A stretch of DNA of 64,000 bases from NCBI GenBank assembly GCA_018303845.1, contig JAGVXH010000004.1:69165-133164 (forward strand), written 5' to 3'. The DNA comes from Candidatus Pacearchaeota archaeon (GTDB lineage Archaea > Nanobdellota > Nanobdellia > Pacearchaeales > GW2011-AR1). The translations under genes and the position numbers were made by a program. This document shows positions 62,843-64,000 of this stretch, piece by piece (position 1 is the first letter of the stretch; each line of letters starts with the position of its first letter). The notes under the pieces are model-generated. The model saw nothing but the letters and a program-made list of their open reading frames with translations. It had not been told where the DNA came from and searched no databases.

Positions 62843-63163
62843 CTATTCCAGCAAAACTGAGTCATTCCATTCGCAAAGCGAATGATTCCCCCTCGGGTCA
62901 ACCCAATCCTCGCCATGCTGGTAATCCGCACCCTCAATCGCAGTCATCTCAACTAAAGTCCCATTCTCACAAACAACCTCAAAGTCCCGACAATAATTAT
63001 TTTCATCACAAACCGCAACAGTATGATGTCCATTACTTTCATTTACTCCAACAACAACCTCCCCAGTGGTCTCCCCAAATCCCAATCCAAAATAAACAAT
63101 TACAATTAGCAAAACAACCCCAACTCCAATCAAAATTTTATCATCGCTATTCATTCCAATCAA
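62843..63163 (-). CDS. Small membrane-anchored Cys-containing protein
   Basis: TM segment ILIGVGVVLLIVIVYFGLGFG. The 3' end runs into a degenerate repeat region, so the C-terminus is uncertain. Confidence 0.4.
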   Translation of the reverse strand: MIGMNSDDKILIGVGVVLLIVIVYFGLGFGETTGEVVVGVNESNGHHTVAVCDENNYCRDFEVVCENGTLVEMTAIEGADYQHGEDWVDPRGNHSLCEWNDSVLLE

Positions 63164-63195
63164 ACCCAGAAATCGTTTAATAATTTATCTGCCTT

Positions 63196-63349
63196 AAACA
63201 AATCTCGCGAAATAACATCTACAACCTCATTTCGCGCCCGCAAATTAAGTAAGCGTCGCATTCCTGTGCATAGCATTCAAAGTTGTCGTACTCCGCGGAT
63301 ACCTCTTCCCCGAAATATCCATCGTTTTGGAAATATTAATCTTGCTCAT
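63196..63349 (-). pseudogene. Degenerate duplicate of the nth 5' end
   Basis: MSKINISKTMDISGKRYPRSTTTLNAMHRNATLT then a stop, compared with nth MSKIDIIRTMNILSKKYPRSTTTLNTMRGNATPFEIL. An internal deletion of about 25 nt is followed by further homology (RNEVVDVISRDLF). Confidence 0.6.
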
Positions 63350-63379
63350 ACAAAACATTAGGACCAGAATTTTATATGG

Positions 63380-63856
63380 TTATTCAAACTTTTTGTTAGG
63401 GTGTGGATGGCTAAGGTTGAAGAAGCTTCTTTTCTTTTTATAGTATTCACCAATAGTTTTCGAGCCTTCCCATAAATTGCTTTCATGAGCAGCAATTTGA
63501 TGTTCTAATCTACACGGAGGAACCACTTCAATTTCCTCAAGGCCATCAAGTCCCTTATTAATTTTGTATGCTTTATATCTTTCAGGAAGAGCATCTGTCT
63601 CGGACTCAGGGGTTCTATAACACGAAACAACAATTTCGGAAGGAAAGACGACAAAATACTTTGCAATTTCTCTATTATTCAAATGTGGGTCTTGAACCAT
63701 AGCTCCTTCTATTAATTCTTTAACAGCATTGAATCGAGATTCATCTTTCCTATCCCAAGTATGCGCTTCTTCCATAAATTCCAAATCAGCAAAATGTGCA
63801 ATCCCATGGTCTCCAACTCTATCTACTCTAAAGCTCTCTGCCCTATATTTTGCCAT
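63380..63856 (-). CDS. Hypothetical protein (158 aa)
   Basis: ORF with an ATG start. I recognise no family. Confidence 0.45.
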   Translation of the reverse strand: MAKYRAESFRVDRVGDHGIAHFADLEFMEEAHTWDRKDESRFNAVKELIEGAMVQDPHLNNREIAKYFVVFPSEIVVSCYRTPESETDALPERYKAYKINKGLDGLEEIEVVPPCRLEHQIAAHESNLWEGSKTIGEYYKKKRSFFNLSHPHPNKKFE

Positions 63857-63904
63857 AATTGGAATATTCGCATAAGGTATAAAAACTTTACTATAATAAA
63901 TAAT

Positions 63905-64000
63905 TTATTTTCTCTCCACTACAACCCCGTTTTCAACATCCTTCAAAACAAAACCCATCTCCAAAATCAAATCCCTAATCTCATCCGCCTTCTTCCAATT
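63905..64000 (-). CDS. cysS: Cysteinyl-tRNA synthetase, C-terminal fragment (gene continues beyond the window)
   Basis: NWKKADEIRDLILEMGFVLKDVENGVVVERK matches the conserved CysRS C-terminal helix-hairpin (K.W..AD.IRD.L...G..L.D...G..W). Confidence 0.6.
   Translation of the reverse strand, partial: NWKKADEIRDLILEMGFVLKDVENGVVVERK

Noticed and set aside
62807-62859. Box C/D sRNA (TTGATGA ... CTGA separated by about 43 nt on the plus strand); a similar ATGATGA...CTGA pair lies on the minus strand at 32522-32562
   Set aside because: There are no convincing C'/D' boxes or terminal stem. The first overlaps a degenerate repeat array, and the second spans a TATA box and a start codon. These are probably chance matches.

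Overview
The window is an archaeal chromosome fragment, and it most resembles a small-genome DPANN-type archaeon. That placement is inferred from gene content only; no search was run. The evidence is a set of archaeal information-processing genes: ribosomal proteins P1, uL10, uL1, uL11, eL40 and eL43, plus Spt5, SecE, RpoP, aIF5A, PCNA, a fused PriS-type primase, Taw1, two TrmY copies, a short Dph2, and FtsZ with SepF. There is also a form III-like RuBisCO and a DeoA/AMP-phosphorylase-family gene. TATA-like boxes sit about 25-28 nt upstream of many start codons, which suggests mostly leaderless mRNAs. I call about 75 protein genes, three canonical tRNAs (Ser-TGA, Ser-CGA, Pro-TGG), several small genes missing from the ORF track (eL40, RpoP, a histone-fold-like ORF, a 50-aa leader ORF) and three disrupted genes.

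The most unusual region is a roughly 15-kb co-directional, translationally coupled surface locus at 24.5-39.4 kb. It holds six pilin-like genes with KGQ/RGQ/RAQ class III signal peptides and three giant Cys-rich proteins that combine glycine-zipper segments with four Ig-like repeats. The 1273-aa protein equals the 598-aa plus 727-aa proteins. A HEPN-MNT cassette sits exactly at the fission point, and an orphan Avd-family four-helix-bundle gene lies behind a G-repeat leader ORF. Three gene junctions in this locus carry a palindrome followed by a (G5T3)n motif.

Other findings:
- A tandem tRNA-Ser region in which tRNA-derived copies carry a covarying three-hairpin insert in the T-loop.
- An A+T-rich two-gene island beside those tRNAs.
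- A genome-specific family of period-7 CTA/TAG ladders and GAA-loop hairpins at gene 3' ends.
- A methyltransferase frameshifted in an A9 run.
- A duplicated nth 5' end flanking a small insertion.

No integrase, transposase, CRISPR array, reverse transcriptase or rRNA was seen.
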